Origin: Azolla caroliniana
Lineage: Eukaryota > Plantae > Polypodiophyta
Direction of reading: 5' to 3'
Length of the DNA: 64,000 nucleotides
Assembly (NCBI GenBank): GCA_043228905.1
Contig: JBHGNT010000022.1
Coordinates: 5,952,001-6,016,000, forward strand
Shown here: in pieces, positions 61,201-64,000 of the stretch
How the letters are laid out: every line of letters begins with the position of its first letter
How positions within the stretch are numbered: the first letter of the stretch is position 1
Notes under the pieces: generated by a model
What the model was told of the DNA's origin: nothing
Databases searched by the model: none
Seen by the model: the letters and a program-made list of their open reading frames with translations, nothing else
Position numbers and translations under genes: made by a program

Positions 61201-63246
61201 ATAAGGTTGTCTTCTGCAAGCCTCTTCATCCCCTTCTCACTCATGTGACACAGTCTTTTGTGCCACAGCTCACCGGCAGTGTCGGCTGCCACATTCAGCT
61301 CTTCAGGACATAACCGGGCATTCATCAGGTACAGTGTGTTGTCTTTCCGGGCCCGAGCCACTATCAGGCTCCCCTTGCTGAACTTCATTACGCCGTTCCG
61401 GATGCTACCTGTGTAGCCTTCATCGTCTAGCCTCCCGGCCGAAATCAGGTTCAATCGAACCTCCGGAACATGTCGGACATCCTTCAGCAGCATTTTGCAT
61501 CCGGTCGGGGTTGTCAACCACACGTCTCCTATGCCGGCAATCCGGCACGTACCTTCATTTCCCATCCGAACACAGCCATGCTCACCGGCTGTGTAGGATG
61601 AGAAGTATCTTCTCTCCGGGGTCAGGTGGAACGATGCTCCGGAATCGACCACCCAGGTCGTCTCATCGCCGGCAATGTTTAGTTCACCTTCTTCGGTGAT
61701 GAGCATGATTTCTTCCTCACTTGCTGCGAGTGCCGTTGTTCCTTTCCGGTCCTGCCCTCGCCGATCCGAACCTCTCCGGTCCGTGGCTCCCCGGTATGCA
61801 CCGTTTCTCTCCGGTGACTTCTTCGAATCGGTGTCGTCGGCTCCGTTGTCTTTTCGGTAATGCCGACAATTCTTTCGGAAGTGCCCCGGCTTCCCACAGT
61901 GGAAACATGTGGGCCTTCCTCTTGACTGCGACCGGGTCCCCGACTTCTCCCGTCTTTGCGGACTCCGGTTCCATTGTCTTCCCCGATCCGATTCGGTAAG
62001 CAGCGCCTTCGAGTCGGAGGCCGGTTCTTTATCTCTCCGACGCGCTTCTTCGTTCAAAATACTTGTCTTTACCGTTTGTAAGGACAAGTTATCTTCGGTG
62101 CAGGAGGTGCTGAGAGTCACCACCAAGTTCTCCCAGCTTTCCGGCAATGTACACATCAGGATGATGGCTTGCATTGCATCCTCCAACGGGAACTTGATCG
62201 CCGCAAGCTGATTCACGAATCCCATGAACGTGCTTACGTGTTCCACCATACTCTTGCCGTCCCGGTACTTGAGATTCACTATCTTCCTCATCAGGGAGGT
62301 CCGGTTCAACGCATTCTTCCTCTCATAGAGGCCCGACAGCTTCCGCCACATCTCATATGCGTTGGTGTCGTTCGCCACATGTTGTAGAACGCTCACGTCG
62401 ACGTATTGCCGAATGGTTGCAACGGCTTTCCGGTTCAGAAGCCTCCATTCCGACTCAAGTACCCCTTTCGGTATTTCCGACCTGTCAATCGGTTCGTACA
62501 GGTCCCGAACAATCAGAAGATCTTCCATCTTGATCTTCCAGTCGGCGTAGTTCTGCGCAGTCAGCACCATCATCCCCGGCTGCCCGCTGCCGCCGCCTTC
62601 CATTTTCTGCAGCAGTTCGCTCTGATACCAGTTTGTAAGGAATAGATGCTTCTATTCACCTTCACCACTCGGCCACAACCGAGTAAGCGCGAATCAATGG
62701 AGCAGAAAATAGGAACCACAAAGAGAAACAAAACGCGAGCACACAGGGATTAACGTGGAAAACCCTAGACGGGAAAAACCACGGGAGTACAAGACTCCAA
62801 GCCAACACTATACAGAGAAGTATACAATGGCGAGCTGCAAGGCGACGACCTTGAGCTCGCTGTCCTCGCCACAGGCGGCGGAAATACACAGAGGCGTCTA
62901 CCTCTTCTTCTCTCGCGCTCTATCTCTCTCTCTCTCTCTCACGGGTGCTCACTCTTCACTCCTCTTGAGTGGAAAAACAGAAAAAATGAGTAGCGACGGT
63001 AAAACTGTTTGCCCTAAGTCATATTTATACTTATATGACTTTGGGCTATTTACAACTATAGCCTCAGGGGCCCATAGCGAACATATTCACGGATATGTCC
63101 CTGCATCCGGATCGCTCTCCGGGTACATTCGTCATCCGGCACCGAAGCCGGGGTCTTCGTCATCCGGATCCAAAACCGAAACCGGGCTCGTCGGCATTCA
63201 TCTCCGACATCCGACCATCCCATCCGAAGGGACCGTAATCCCAACA
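58254..63246 (-). mobile_element. Young group-A copia H2 with a deleted RT core
   Basis: 613-bp LTRs 58254-58866 and 62634-63246 (about 6 mismatches), TSD ataag, PBS 62619-62630. Confidence 0.97.
58877..62603 (-). pseudogene. H2 gag-pol, frameshifted by a ~350-bp deletion at 59807-59810 that removes YVDD
   Basis: Nearly colinear with A2; jumps from KMTSIRT to MLKKALH at an ACGG microhomology (A2 positions 8875 and 9225). Confidence 0.93.
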
Positions 63247-64000
63247 ATAAGTATGCACCAACTCTAGTGGTGCATTACATCTCATTGGTGGCCTTGGTCG
63301 GAAGGAGGTCTGGTTTTGCTTACCGGCCAGACAAGTAGTGCAGTTCTCCAAGTGCACGTTCTTCACTGGAATGAGGTTGCCATCTGCAAGCCTGTTAGTC
63401 CCCTTCTCGCTCATATGACACAGCCTCTTGTGCCACAACTTACCGGCAGTGTCAGATGCCACGTTCACTTCTTCCGGACATAACCGGGCATTCATCAGGT
63501 ACAATGTGTTGACCTTCCGGGCCCGAGCCACAATCAGGCTCCCTTTGCTAAACTTCATGACACCATTCCGGATGCTACCTGTGTAGCCTTCATCATCTAG
63601 CCGACCGGCTGATATCAGGTTCAGACGAACCTCCGGAACGTGTCGGACATCCTTCAACAGCAACTTGCATCCAGTTGGTGTTGACAGCCACACGTCTCTT
63701 ATGCTGACAATTCTACATGTACCTTCATTCCCCATCCGGACACAGCCGTGATCACCGACTGAGTAGGATGAGAAGCATTTCCGGTCCAGGGTAAGGTGGA
63801 ACAACGCTCTGGAGTCTACCACCCAGGTCATCTCGTCGCCGGCAAGATTTATCTCACTCTCCTCGGTGATGAGCATCAACTCTTCTTCACTTGCCGCGAT
63901 TGCCATCGTTCCCTTCCGGTTCGTTCCCCTCCGGTCTTTACCATTCCGGTCTAGTGTCCGCTTCGAATTGGTACCGTCAGTTTCCTTGTCTTTTCGGAAA

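Larger units (their letters stand above)
55082..64000 (-). mobile_element. Group-A copia H1 (degenerate; 5' end outside the window), interrupted by H2
   Basis: 3' LTR ~55082-55685 with PPT; RH-RT-IN 55686-58253, resuming at 63247 (LELVHT|YVCQ); scattered stop codons. Confidence 0.9.

Overview
Land-plant (probably non-seed-plant; inferred) heterochromatic DNA that is almost entirely nested LTR retrotransposons. It holds two Ty1/copia groups, here called A (Tnt1/Tork-like, CCGG-rich) and B (PBS abutting the LTR, double PPT). Two copia copies have intact ORFs (5417-10771, 35720-40888). A very young Ty3/gypsy chromovirus (27463-34481) has LTRs that look identical and a 1.7-kb highly structured leader. 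There is also a gag-only tRNA-Trp-primed element (25729-41917, minus), a decayed non-chromoviral gypsy with an extra 3' ORF, two solo LTRs and a probable LINE fragment. The only host-gene sequence is a five-exon, intron-containing 3' half of a DGAT2 pseudogene (19512-20323, minus), which the ORF track mostly misses. It sits between the RNase H end and the PPT/3' LTR of a group-B copia, so it looks captured. Other highlights: a five-unit hairpin array with unique spacers plus a tRNA-like module and a putative intron in the chromovirus leader; a locally triplicated insertion junction; recurrent loss of the TATA hairpin from group-A LTRs; and strong CCGG enrichment. All calls are by eye and no database searches were run.
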